DNA of 58,155 nt from Hyphomonas sp. (GTDB lineage: Bacteria; Pseudomonadota; Alphaproteobacteria; Caulobacterales; Hyphomonadaceae), in NCBI GenBank assembly GCA_041741315.1, contig JBGSKI010000105.1, positions 1 to 58,155 on the forward strand. Reading direction: 5' to 3'. A program made the position numbers and the translations under genes. This document shows positions 37,682 to 46,660 of this stretch, piece after piece. The first letter of the stretch is position 1; every line of letters begins with the position of its first letter. The notes under the pieces are model-generated. The model had not been told where the DNA came from and did no database searches. It saw only the letters and a list, made by a program, of their open reading frames with translations.

Positions 37682-38398
37682 ATGCCATTCGACGATGTGA
37701 CAGAGACCTTTATCCGCCGCCCGTCCGCCAGCTGGATAGGCGGCTATCTCGCCGGCTCATTTATTGGCCTGATGGCCGCCGGATTCGGAGCATTCGGTCT
37801 GGCACTTGCCGTGTCATCGGGCTGGCGCATCGGCAGCTTCCTGCTCGTACTGGCATTCTGGATGGGATACCTGGCGCATTATTGCTGGCGCGACGCAGCT
37901 GCAAAACGCGGCTGGAAGATCGGCCTCGGCTACGATGCGCTCTCACTGCACCTGCCGGCCGGGCGCAGCCTCATGGCGGCCAGCGAACCCGTACACCGCA
38001 CGCTGCTCTATGCCGACATTCGTGCCGTCGAAACCCGCCTTGAATCCTATCGCACCTTCGGTATGTCGACGATGCAACGCGCCTACGCGTTCCGGCTCTC
38101 GGACAATTCAACGATTCGGCTTGGCGAGGACCGCGCCCTCGGAACCAACCTGTCCGATCCAACTATCAGCAATTTGGTCGACCGGATCATTCAACGCGCC
38201 CGCCTTCCATTGCATGATCTCGGTATGGTCGACGGTGCCGGAGGCTTTCTCGGTGTTGCCTTCACGGCCATACCGTCATGGGACGCGGCTGACGTCGGCG
38301 CCGCACGGGCGGCCGCAAACTGGCGTGTTGCTGAAATGACCGGCTGGATTGCCGGGCTGGCCAGCCTTGTTGTTCTAGCCGCCGCTATCCTGATCTGA
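37682..38398 (+). CDS. Hypothetical membrane protein
   Basis: 238 aa with two N-terminal TM helices, a soluble middle and a C-terminal TM. Fills the gap and converges with the kinase gene. Confidence 0.7.
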   Translation: MPFDDVTETFIRRPSASWIGGYLAGSFIGLMAAGFGAFGLALAVSSGWRIGSFLLVLAFWMGYLAHYCWRDAAAKRGWKIGLGYDALSLHLPAGRSLMAASEPVHRTLLYADIRAVETRLESYRTFGMSTMQRAYAFRLSDNSTIRLGEDRALGTNLSDPTISNLVDRIIQRARLPLHDLGMVDGAGGFLGVAFTAIPSWDAADVGAARAAANWRVAEMTGWIAGLASLVVLAAAILI

Positions 38399-38399
38399 C

Positions 38400-40775
38400 C
38401 TATTCTGCGCAGAGCGGGTATTGCTCGAAATATGACTCAAGTTCCGGCCGATCGCTTTCCATGAGCGTCCCGGCCACTTCCTGAATGTCCCAGAACGCCT
38501 TGACCTTTTTCAGGTGGAAGCAGCGCTCCGCCTCATGACCCGGCCAGCCCTTGTAGAATTCGTGCATCTGGACGTGCTGGACCAGCATGTTGCGCTGGTA
38601 TCCGCCCCGGTCCGGGTCATGATCATACCGCGCCTGAAAAAAATCCATCGCGCCGAGCAGGGCCTTCTCAGCCTCCCCCATTCGTTTCAGATCCAGTAGC
38701 GGGTAGGCCATTTCCCCCAGATAGATCGAGCGGCTTTCGCGTGCATCTTCATCCTCCGCATCCACAGCAATCGCCTGATCGGCAAAATGCAGCGCCGCAT
38801 AATAGTCTTCGACCGCTTCGACTGGCTTGCCCGATTTATAAAGCGCAAAGGCCCGCCGCCAGTGCGAGAACTGCATGGCTCGCCACCAGCTCAGCGTCTC
38901 TGCCGGGATCACGCCCCTTATATGTTGCATTGTTTCAAGTGCACTGGCCGCAGACACAACCGCATCGCTGGCCCGCTCTGAGTTCACCAGGATTTCCGAC
39001 TTCGTGCGGTAGGATCGCGCCAACCCATAGAGCAGTTCCACATCATCAGGATACTGCAGGAGGGCTGTCTCAAAATCCTTGACCACGTCTTCGATCATCG
39101 GAATCGCTTCATCCCGCTTATTCTCGCGAAACAGCATCATCGCCTCGTCACCCCGGGAGGCGAGGCGGTGGAACGTGGCGGCGGAATTGTCCGGTTCAAG
39201 TTCCGCCAGTTTCCGGAAGATCTCTTGCGCCTCCCGGATCCGGGCAAGTCCAGTGTCCGCGTTCGCATTCACGTAGAATTCGGTGGTCGCTTGGCTGACC
39301 TTCAACAGACCGAACGCACGCAATAGGTCTGCGTCCTTATCCGGCTCGTTTTCAAACGGCGCGAGCAATTCTGCCGCTCGCTGAAGATTGCGCTCGGAAT
39401 TATCCACATCCTTGAGTGAGGCAAATCCAGGCTGTCCCTGGATTTCGGAAAGGCGCAACAACCCATTGGCTGTTTCGATCTGCAGGTCGCGCGAAGCCGA
39501 TGGATCGGCGGCAAGCGAATCGAGATACGTCTGCGCCGCATCGGCCAGTTCCACTTTCGCCCGGGTCGCGCCTGGCACCAGGTCGATCTTGTCATAGACG
39601 TCAAACATCATCGACTTCGCCAACGTCCGGACCTGCTGGAAACGGAAGTCCGCCTTGGTCAAGGCGTGTTCTGCCCGCACATATTGCCAGCCGACGAGAG
39701 ACAAGGCTCCCGACAGGCCGATGATCGCCGCCGTCACGCCCGCAACGACCAGCCGCCGTCTGCGGACGAACTTACCCACCAGGTAAAGCGGCCCCCCTTC
39801 TCGAGCGGCGACGCCATAACCCTCCCTGAACCTCTGCAGATCGTCCATCAGTGCATCTACGGACGAATACCGGTCCGGAGGCAATTCCGCTGTCGCCCTG
39901 CGGATGATCGCTGCAACGTCCTCTGGCGCGGACTGGTCCTCGACCAGATCACCAAGAAGTTTCCCCAGCGAATAGACATCCGACAACGTGTTGGCGGGGC
40001 CGCCTTGCGAACGTTCGGGCGCCGCATAGCCGGGCGTGAAACTCAGCCCGGCCAGGGATGGTGCGCCGGGTTCCTGTGTGCCCACGGAGGGTTCGTTCGG
40101 CTTTGCAATGCCGAAGTCGATCAGCTTCACCTGACCGTTGCGGGTGACCAGGACATTCGATGGCGTGATGTCACGATGCACGATCAGGTTCTGGTGCGCA
40201 TACCGTACCGCAGCACAGACATCGTTGAACAGCCAGAGCCGGTTATAAAGGCCGAGTCCCCGGTCCCGTGCATAATCGCAGATCGGCATGCCATCCACGA
40301 ATTCCATCACAATGTAAGGCGAGCCGTCCGGCAATTCGCCGCCGTCGAACAGACTGGCAATGTTCGGATGGCTGAGCCCAGCAAGGATCTGCCGTTCCCG
40401 GCGGAACCGTTCGACGAGCGCCTCGGACAGGACTCCCTGCCGGATGACCTTGATGGCCACCTTGTGGTCGAATCCGCCATCGTCGCGCTCTGCGGCAAAC
40501 ACAGCGCCCATGCCGCCCTGCCCGATCAGGCCGGTTACCCGGTACGCACCGACCCGCTCAAGATCCGGTTCCTCGCTTGCATCCGCCCGCGCACCGCCCG
40601 TTCGCAGGGCCCCTGACAGGGAAGCGTCCGCAGCCAGCAACGCCAAGGCCCTATCGCGCAGAACGACATCCTCGCCCGCCGCCAAGCGGATAAATGCTTC
40701 ACGTTCGGGAGATGGTTGCTCCAGAGCTGCATTGAACAATTCGAACGCGGCAGAGTCTGTACCTGGATTGCTCAC
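38400..40775 (-). CDS. Hanks-type Ser/Thr kinase with TM and TPR-like extracytoplasmic region (ECF-sigma-associated type)
   Basis: N-terminal LF.AALE.P..ER.AF...A.G.D..L...LL.A motif, IGQGGMGAVF, VAIK, HRDITPSN, DFG, FTPGYAAPE, DVYSLG, TM, helical repeats. Confidence 0.93.
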   Translation of the reverse strand: MSNPGTDSAAFELFNAALEQPSPEREAFIRLAAGEDVVLRDRALALLAADASLSGALRTGGARADASEEPDLERVGAYRVTGLIGQGGMGAVFAAERDDGGFDHKVAIKVIRQGVLSEALVERFRRERQILAGLSHPNIASLFDGGELPDGSPYIVMEFVDGMPICDYARDRGLGLYNRLWLFNDVCAAVRYAHQNLIVHRDITPSNVLVTRNGQVKLIDFGIAKPNEPSVGTQEPGAPSLAGLSFTPGYAAPERSQGGPANTLSDVYSLGKLLGDLVEDQSAPEDVAAIIRRATAELPPDRYSSVDALMDDLQRFREGYGVAAREGGPLYLVGKFVRRRRLVVAGVTAAIIGLSGALSLVGWQYVRAEHALTKADFRFQQVRTLAKSMMFDVYDKIDLVPGATRAKVELADAAQTYLDSLAADPSASRDLQIETANGLLRLSEIQGQPGFASLKDVDNSERNLQRAAELLAPFENEPDKDADLLRAFGLLKVSQATTEFYVNANADTGLARIREAQEIFRKLAELEPDNSAATFHRLASRGDEAMMLFRENKRDEAIPMIEDVVKDFETALLQYPDDVELLYGLARSYRTKSEILVNSERASDAVVSAASALETMQHIRGVIPAETLSWWRAMQFSHWRRAFALYKSGKPVEAVEDYYAALHFADQAIAVDAEDEDARESRSIYLGEMAYPLLDLKRMGEAEKALLGAMDFFQARYDHDPDRGGYQRNMLVQHVQMHEFYKGWPGHEAERCFHLKKVKAFWDIQEVAGTLMESDRPELESYFEQYPLCAE

Positions 40776-40862
40776 GCCGCCTCACTTCTTGAAATATCGA
40801 CACCTGGTCCGCACTCGGGCCAGAGTTTTCGAAATACCGTCGTCAAGTCAATCCCGCATGCG

Positions 40863-41840
40863 TCACTGGCCTTTCAGCCGATTGCGCGCCTGTTGCCGGA
40901 TATCCTGAATGTTTGGCCCGGCCGGTGATGTCGGTTGCGGCTGAGCGGGGGCAGCAGCCGGCGGCGGCGTGTAGACTGGCGGTGGGACATAGGGCTGAGA
41001 TTGCAAAGGTTGCGGCGCTGCGGATGCCGGTGCTGCGTAAGCTTGCCCCGGCTTGCGGAGGGTCAGGCCAACGCGCCCTTCGACGGCTCCGATCGTCCAG
41101 AAACTTTCCTCCCGGTAGTAGCGCTCCATCACGTCATAACCGATCCACATGTAGCCGGCATCGCCGCATTCTTCGCCCCATGAGTTGCGTACGAGCCAAG
41201 CGCCTTGTGCATCGTCATATCCGACGATCAGCATCGCGTGCCCGCCCATCGGCGCGGATGGCCAATCACTCTGCGGCCGCATGATGCGGCCGGTGGAATA
41301 ACCGATCTTGTAGAATTCTTCCGGCAAAGTGACGGCGAATGGAACCGGCAGACCTTGCGCCAAAGCCGCCTTGACCGGCGCACCATAACGCAGCCGGGCG
41401 AACGAGATGCCGGTGAATTTTCGCGCCGCGCTGTAGGCGGCGCTGCTCGGCTTCTTGTTCTTCTTCTTTTCATTGTAAGGCCAGGATTCCTCTGAACAGA
41501 CGCCGTAGGCAATCACGGCTGCCATGGCGTTTTGGATGGAGGTTCCCAGATCAAAGTGCGTCATGATGCCGTTCATCCTGCGCGCATTATAGTAGACGAA
41601 AAGGCGGGAGAGATCCCGGAACTCCAGTCCCTGGCGGATCTGTTGATATTCTAGCGCCCCGACAACGGCATTCGCGACGCAGGAACCGACATGGCCCTGG
41701 TTCTCGACGGGCGGGCAATGCGGACGAAGGTCCACCTGCGATGGCAGGTTCAGCCCCGGATCGAGCATCAGTTCTGCCGCTTCGCCGGGATTCTTGTCCG
41801 GCAGGCAGCCGTCGAGCCGTATTCCCTTGAGTGGATTCAT
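40863..41840 (-). CDS. Papain-like C1 cysteine peptidase (copy 3)
   Basis: LP..VDLR, QGHVGSCVANA, SRLFVYYNAR, GGHAMLIVGY, RNSWG. No signal peptide. Pro/Ala/Gln-rich tail. Confidence 0.95.
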   Translation of the reverse strand: MNPLKGIRLDGCLPDKNPGEAAELMLDPGLNLPSQVDLRPHCPPVENQGHVGSCVANAVVGALEYQQIRQGLEFRDLSRLFVYYNARRMNGIMTHFDLGTSIQNAMAAVIAYGVCSEESWPYNEKKKNKKPSSAAYSAARKFTGISFARLRYGAPVKAALAQGLPVPFAVTLPEEFYKIGYSTGRIMRPQSDWPSAPMGGHAMLIVGYDDAQGAWLVRNSWGEECGDAGYMWIGYDVMERYYREESFWTIGAVEGRVGLTLRKPGQAYAAPASAAPQPLQSQPYVPPPVYTPPPAAAPAQPQPTSPAGPNIQDIRQQARNRLKGQ

Positions 41841-41868
41841 CTCCGTTCCCCTTCTGATTCTGGAATTC

Positions 41869-42840
41869 TCAGTAGCCCCCGCCGGCGCCCGGCCCGCGAA
41901 GACGGTCCCGGATGCCCTTCCTGGTTGCGTCGAGGTTGAGGTTCAGATCCTTGCCGAGCACGTGACGCATATGCCCCAGGGCATCGGTCAGCGTTGCTGG
42001 TGCAGATTGGCGGATCGCAGCAACACTCTGCTGAGCGGACGGTCCGATCAGGTTGATACCCGGACGGCCAGCAATCGCACCTATCGTCCAAAATTCCGTT
42101 GGCGGACTATACGCTTCCATCACCTGGTAATCGATCCAGACATGGCCGCCATCGCCATAGCCCGGGCCCCATGAATTCCGCACGAGCCAGGCTTGGGAGG
42201 CGTCATCGTATCCAACGATCAGCATGGCATGCCCTCCGCTTCCCTGTCCCGGCCAGCCTTCGGTCGGACGCTGGATGCGGCCTGTTCGGGCACCTTCGAC
42301 ATGCAGCATGTGATCAGGCAAGAAGGTACCGAACACGACCGGCAGGCCACTCGCGACTGCCGCCTTGCAAGGCGTTCCCAAGGCAGCCCGGGCGAAACTC
42401 ACGCCGCCGAAGTTCTGCGCCGCCTGATAGCATACCTGTGTTGGCTCGGTCGGCCACATCGCTTCCAGATAGGGCCACATCTGTTCCGGACACGCACCGA
42501 ATGCCATCACTGACGCCATCACGTGAGGGATCAGCGTGCCGCAGTCGTCGGCCTGTTTCCCGGCCATCCGGCGCGCATTGTAGTAGACGTACAGGCGCGA
42601 CAGATCGATCATCGGCTGCTTGGTCAGGCGCTGGTGGTACTCAAGCGCCCCAACAGCCGCGTTGGCCGCACATGAACCCACATCTCCCTGGTCTTCAACC
42701 GGCGAGCACATGCCGCGCAGGTCTACGCGGCTCGGCAAGCCGGAGGCCGACGCCGATGTCGCATCGATCGATGGCGCAGCGGAGGGATGCGCCTCCATGA
42801 GGCACCCGTTGCGCCGGTAGTTCGAATAATTCTTGCTCAT
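41869..42840 (-). CDS. Papain-like C1 cysteine peptidase (copy 2)
   Basis: LPSRVDLR, QGDVGSCAANA, SRLYVYYNAR, GGHAMLIVGY, RNSWG. Tail ends RDRLRGPGAGGGY. Confidence 0.95.
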   Translation of the reverse strand: MSKNYSNYRRNGCLMEAHPSAAPSIDATSASASGLPSRVDLRGMCSPVEDQGDVGSCAANAAVGALEYHQRLTKQPMIDLSRLYVYYNARRMAGKQADDCGTLIPHVMASVMAFGACPEQMWPYLEAMWPTEPTQVCYQAAQNFGGVSFARAALGTPCKAAVASGLPVVFGTFLPDHMLHVEGARTGRIQRPTEGWPGQGSGGHAMLIVGYDDASQAWLVRNSWGPGYGDGGHVWIDYQVMEAYSPPTEFWTIGAIAGRPGINLIGPSAQQSVAAIRQSAPATLTDALGHMRHVLGKDLNLNLDATRKGIRDRLRGPGAGGGY

Positions 42841-42881
42841 TTCATTCGTCCTTCAATACGCATTTCATTGCCGGTGGCCGA

Positions 42882-43847
42882 TCAATATCCGCCGCCCACA
42901 CCAGGGCCGCGAAGGCGATTGCGCATGCCCTGCTTCGCGTCAGAAAGACTCCGGGAAATATCCGTTCCAAGTGCATGCTTGAAGTCCGACAGGACCATGC
43001 GGACTTCCTCGGGCGCAGCAGCGCGTGTTGCCGCGACAGCTTGCGCCTTGCTTGGGCCGCTGACGGCAAAGTCCGGATTCGCTTCGATCGCACCAACGGT
43101 CCAGAAGCCATGCGGGTGGCTGTAGTGAGTCATCACGTCGTAGTCGATCCAGACATGCCCACCTTCGCCAAATCCGGGGCCCCAGGAATTGCGAACGAGC
43201 CAGGCATTGCGGCCGTCGTCATAACCGACGATCACCATCGCGTGGCCGGAATTCGGGATCGGTGGCCATCCACCTTCCGGCCGCTTGATCATCCCGGTCA
43301 GCGCGCCTTCGACTTGCAGCATCTCTCCGGGAAGGGATGTTCCGAACACGATCGGCAGACCGGCAGCGACTGCTGATTTCGCATCTCCGCCGAATCCCGT
43401 CCGCGCATAGGAAATGGCTGAGAAGTTCAGCGCACTTTCATAACAGGGGTCTTCAGGCTTTACTTTGCACTTCGCTTCATCGTACGGCCATGTCTGTTCC
43501 GGACACGCACCAAATGCCATGACAGCCGCCATGACGTGGTGGATATACGTCCCCTCGTCTTCAGTCTCGGTTCCGCCAATCTTGCGGGCATTGTAGTAGA
43601 CGAACAGGCGCGACAGATCGGCGACCCGCTGTCCCGACTTGCGCTGGTGGTATTCCAGCGCGCCAACGACGGCATTTCCGGCGCAGGAATTGAGGTTCCC
43701 CTGGTCTTCCACAGGGGAACAATGCGGACGCAGGTCGACCCGCGGGGGCAATGCCCCCCCAGCCTTGACTTTCAATGCTGGCGCGGCACTCGGCGTCGGC
43801 TCAAGAAAGCAGCCATTCATCCGGTAGTTTCGAAAATCCTTCGGCAC
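42882..43847 (-). CDS. Papain-like C1 cysteine peptidase (copy 1)
   Basis: GTG start after an AGGAG RBS. LPPRVDLR, QGNLNSCAGNA, SGHAMVIVGY, RNSWG. Tail ends RNRLRGPGVGGGY. Confidence 0.95.
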   Translation of the reverse strand: MPKDFRNYRMNGCFLEPTPSAAPALKVKAGGALPPRVDLRPHCSPVEDQGNLNSCAGNAVVGALEYHQRKSGQRVADLSRLFVYYNARKIGGTETEDEGTYIHHVMAAVMAFGACPEQTWPYDEAKCKVKPEDPCYESALNFSAISYARTGFGGDAKSAVAAGLPIVFGTSLPGEMLQVEGALTGMIKRPEGGWPPIPNSGHAMVIVGYDDGRNAWLVRNSWGPGFGEGGHVWIDYDVMTHYSHPHGFWTVGAIEANPDFAVSGPSKAQAVAATRAAAPEEVRMVLSDFKHALGTDISRSLSDAKQGMRNRLRGPGVGGGY

Positions 43848-43849
43848 GA

Positions 43850-44329
43850 TTATTCTCCTTCCGGGAGTGAGGAAGCGCATGGCGCTTCCGGACGCAGTTC
43901 AGCAGGTTGACTTACTGGAACCTGGGCTTCGTGATTGAAGTGCAGGAGTCCGTGGGCGTTGAGGGTTCCATCCGGATTGTCCGTCTCGAACAGGGCGTGC
44001 GTCTCGTCGACCAGGCGGGCATGCCCGCTGGCAAGCGGTTCATCACCGGGAAATCCGATGTCATAGGTCATGCGGTCGCCCGCTATCTGGCCATGCATCT
44101 CCAAGCCGCGAAGCAGCTCCGATGCGCCTTTACCTACGAGGTTCGTGCCATACACAGACACCTCCCAGGCTCCGCCAATTCCATCCTGCCAGGCACCATC
44201 GGGAAACGCGCCGGATGGAACCGGAGCTTTGGTGCCGCCACCCGCCAGCTCCGGCTTCGGTGCGAAATAGTCACTCGGCTGGCACGCAGTGAGAAGCATG
44301 GCCATGCAAAAGAATACGCGGCTTTTCAT
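43850..44329 (-). CDS. Lipoprotein with one copy of an unrecognised His-containing beta-rich domain
   Basis: Lipobox LTAC. GAWQDGIGG...LVDETH...LHFNH. ATGA overlap with the upstream gene. Confidence 0.8.
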   Translation of the reverse strand: MKSRVFFCMAMLLTACQPSDYFAPKPELAGGGTKAPVPSGAFPDGAWQDGIGGAWEVSVYGTNLVGKGASELLRGLEMHGQIAGDRMTYDIGFPGDEPLASGHARLVDETHALFETDNPDGTLNAHGLLHFNHEAQVPVSQPAELRPEAPCASSLPEGE

Positions 44330-45102
44330 GGGCAGGGCTCTCCAGGGTTGTGATTGATATGCAGCACAAGGATCGCTGCCTCCTGAGGCCGGGCAGTCAA
44401 AGTGGTCACACGCAAATGGCAGGCATCCGACTGGATGCCGTCAGCAACTAAGGTCTGGCCTTCAGGCAGGGTCAGTTCGAGGTGAACCTTCCCGTTTGCC
44501 CATGTGCCCGAGATATCCGAAGGTGGATCGCCACCGCTCTTTCCGGTCATTACGCCGTCTACGGACCGATTGAGTGTCGCCTTGGCGCCAAGATCATCAG
44601 TCCATGTGAAGTCACCTTCGATTGCCTGCAGACCGCGCCCCGATTCGCCTTCCGAAGGCGCCGCATTCGCGGGCTCGGTGGGACATGGCTCACCCGGATT
44701 GTGCCCGATATGAAGCTGCCATTGATTTCCGGCAGGCAAGCCCTCTCCGACAGACGATACATTGTAATGACAAGCGTCCGTCCGGATGCCCTGAGCCTGG
44801 ATCGACACGCCGGCTGCGGTCACGAACAGTGCAGAAAGCATACCGTCGAGCAGGTTTCCGGATACTGTGAAAGGCTGGCCGTCTCCAGAAGTGCCGATGC
44901 CGGAGAATGTCCTGTCATCCAGAACGTTGACGAGCGCTTGGCCACCGAAATCATCAACCCAAACCTGGGAACCGGCCACCACTGCCGTATGCTCCAACGG
45001 GGGCGGAACTTCGGACAAAGGATCAATAGTGTTTGTACCGCCGCAGGACGGCAAGGTCAGCGTAGCAACGATCGTGGCTGTCAAAGTGAGCAAGCGTTTC
45101 AT
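44326..45102 (-). CDS. Lipoprotein with two copies of the same His/Cys domain
   Basis: Signal MKRLLTLTATIVATLTLPSC. Two repeats W.DD.G...DACH...LHI.HNPGEPCP. ATGA overlap with the kinase stop. Confidence 0.82.
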   Translation of the reverse strand: MKRLLTLTATIVATLTLPSCGGTNTIDPLSEVPPPLEHTAVVAGSQVWVDDFGGQALVNVLDDRTFSGIGTSGDGQPFTVSGNLLDGMLSALFVTAAGVSIQAQGIRTDACHYNVSSVGEGLPAGNQWQLHIGHNPGEPCPTEPANAAPSEGESGRGLQAIEGDFTWTDDLGAKATLNRSVDGVMTGKSGGDPPSDISGTWANGKVHLELTLPEGQTLVADGIQSDACHLRVTTLTARPQEAAILVLHINHNPGEPCP

Positions 45103-46655
45103 GGACATGACTGCCCCGGCGTGTGGTTCACATGGAACTGACCGGTGAGATTGACATTGCCGTAGCCGTCATAGGTCGTGAAATTGATATGGCATTTGTC
45201 CACGAGCGTGCCTCCACCGGTGGCAAAATCCTGTCCGTTCAGGGACAGCGTGTACGCCAGAACCCCATTCGACAGATTGCCTCGCCAATTGATCGAATAG
45301 CCGTCAAGGGTCTGTCCGCTTCCCGTGAAGTTGCCATTGCCTGACATCCTGACGCCGTAGCTTCCGCCGTAGCCGTCCTGCCATGTGCCGGAGTAGTACT
45401 CGGCAAAGGTTGGCTCCCGGCGAACAGGGGCTGGCTTCGGTGCCGGCTCGGGATCGGGCACATAGACGGGAGGATCCTCCTCGTCCTGACGAGGATAGTC
45501 CGGTTCACGAGGAATGTCTGGTGTCGATCCACCTCCGGCAACCGCAGCAACCGCCGCAATGAGAAGCACCAGCGCCGTTCCCCCACCGGCGATCCAAGCG
45601 ATCACCTTGCCGGTGCCGCCTGATGGGTTTTTCGGTCCATCAGGCCCCGGCAGAGGAATACGGTTCACTGCGGCTACGAGTTCCTGCCGGTATTGCGGCG
45701 CACTTTGTGGGCGAAGATCCCGGTTATCCGACATGCCCCTGAGGATGAGTTTGTCAACCTCCTGAGGCACGTCGGACCGTCCGCCCGAGGGCGGTTGCCA
45801 GTGCCGGCCGGGAACGACGCCAACCAGCAACTCGTAAAGCATGATCGAAATGGAATAGAGATCCGCAGACGGACCTGCCGCATCGGGATTGGTACGCTGC
45901 TCCGGTGCCATATAATCCGGGGTGCCGATGCCACCTGTGCCGCTCGAGGAAGTCGAGCCACGGCCCGCAGCCCGTGCGATGCCGAAGTCCAGAAGCTTCA
46001 GCGCCGCCGACTTGTCCGTCGGTTCACCGGTCAGGATGATGTTTTCCGGCTTCAGGTCGCGGTGGATCACACCCTTGTCGTGGGCCGCCTTGAGGCCGTC
46101 CAGCACTTCGCAGATAATCCGCGCGGCGACCCTCAGGGGAACGGATTCCCCGCGCTGCATCAGCCGGCCATGCCAGCCACGCAGCGACACGCCGTCGACA
46201 AATTCCATCGCGACGAAAGGCTGTTCGCCTTCCAGGCCCACATCATATACGGCGACCACGTTCGGATGACGGATGTCACGTGCGGTCACACCCTCTTCGA
46301 TCAGCCTGCGGACGGCACGTTCGCCGCCAAGATAGGACGAGCTGATCAGTTTCAGCGCTACCGGTTGCCCCGACACCTTGTCGATGGCCTTGTAAACCAC
46401 GCCCATGCCGCCCCGGCCAATCACCGCCTCGATCATGTAGCGACCGGCAAACACCTGGCCTGGCTCCAGGGTCGGATTGGCACGCGTATCCCGTCCGGTC
46501 GGATTGTCAGGGTCCGGTGTGATCAGGCCGCTCATTGGCGTAACCTGATCCACCGGACCCGCACCGTCCCCACCGGACGACCCAACGGGCTTGCCGCATT
46601 CCTCGCAGAATACCGCGTCATCCGGAATGGTTGCCTTGCAATGCTTGCACTTCAT
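45099..46655 (-). CDS. Zn-ribbon / Ser/Thr kinase / TM / extracytoplasmic His-Cys domain receptor
   Basis: CKHC...CEEC at the N-terminus, IGRGGMGVVYKA, VALK, HRDLKPEN, DFG, GTPDYMAPE, TM, Pro-rich linker, C-terminal GTWQDGYGG...DKCH...FHVNHTPGQSCP. Confidence 0.95.
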   Translation of the reverse strand: MKCKHCKATIPDDAVFCEECGKPVGSSGGDGAGPVDQVTPMSGLITPDPDNPTGRDTRANPTLEPGQVFAGRYMIEAVIGRGGMGVVYKAIDKVSGQPVALKLISSSYLGGERAVRRLIEEGVTARDIRHPNVVAVYDVGLEGEQPFVAMEFVDGVSLRGWHGRLMQRGESVPLRVAARIICEVLDGLKAAHDKGVIHRDLKPENIILTGEPTDKSAALKLLDFGIARAAGRGSTSSSGTGGIGTPDYMAPEQRTNPDAAGPSADLYSISIMLYELLVGVVPGRHWQPPSGGRSDVPQEVDKLILRGMSDNRDLRPQSAPQYRQELVAAVNRIPLPGPDGPKNPSGGTGKVIAWIAGGGTALVLLIAAVAAVAGGGSTPDIPREPDYPRQDEEDPPVYVPDPEPAPKPAPVRREPTFAEYYSGTWQDGYGGSYGVRMSGNGNFTGSGQTLDGYSINWRGNLSNGVLAYTLSLNGQDFATGGGTLVDKCHINFTTYDGYGNVNLTGQFHVNHTPGQSCP

Positions 46656-46660
46656 CTCGA

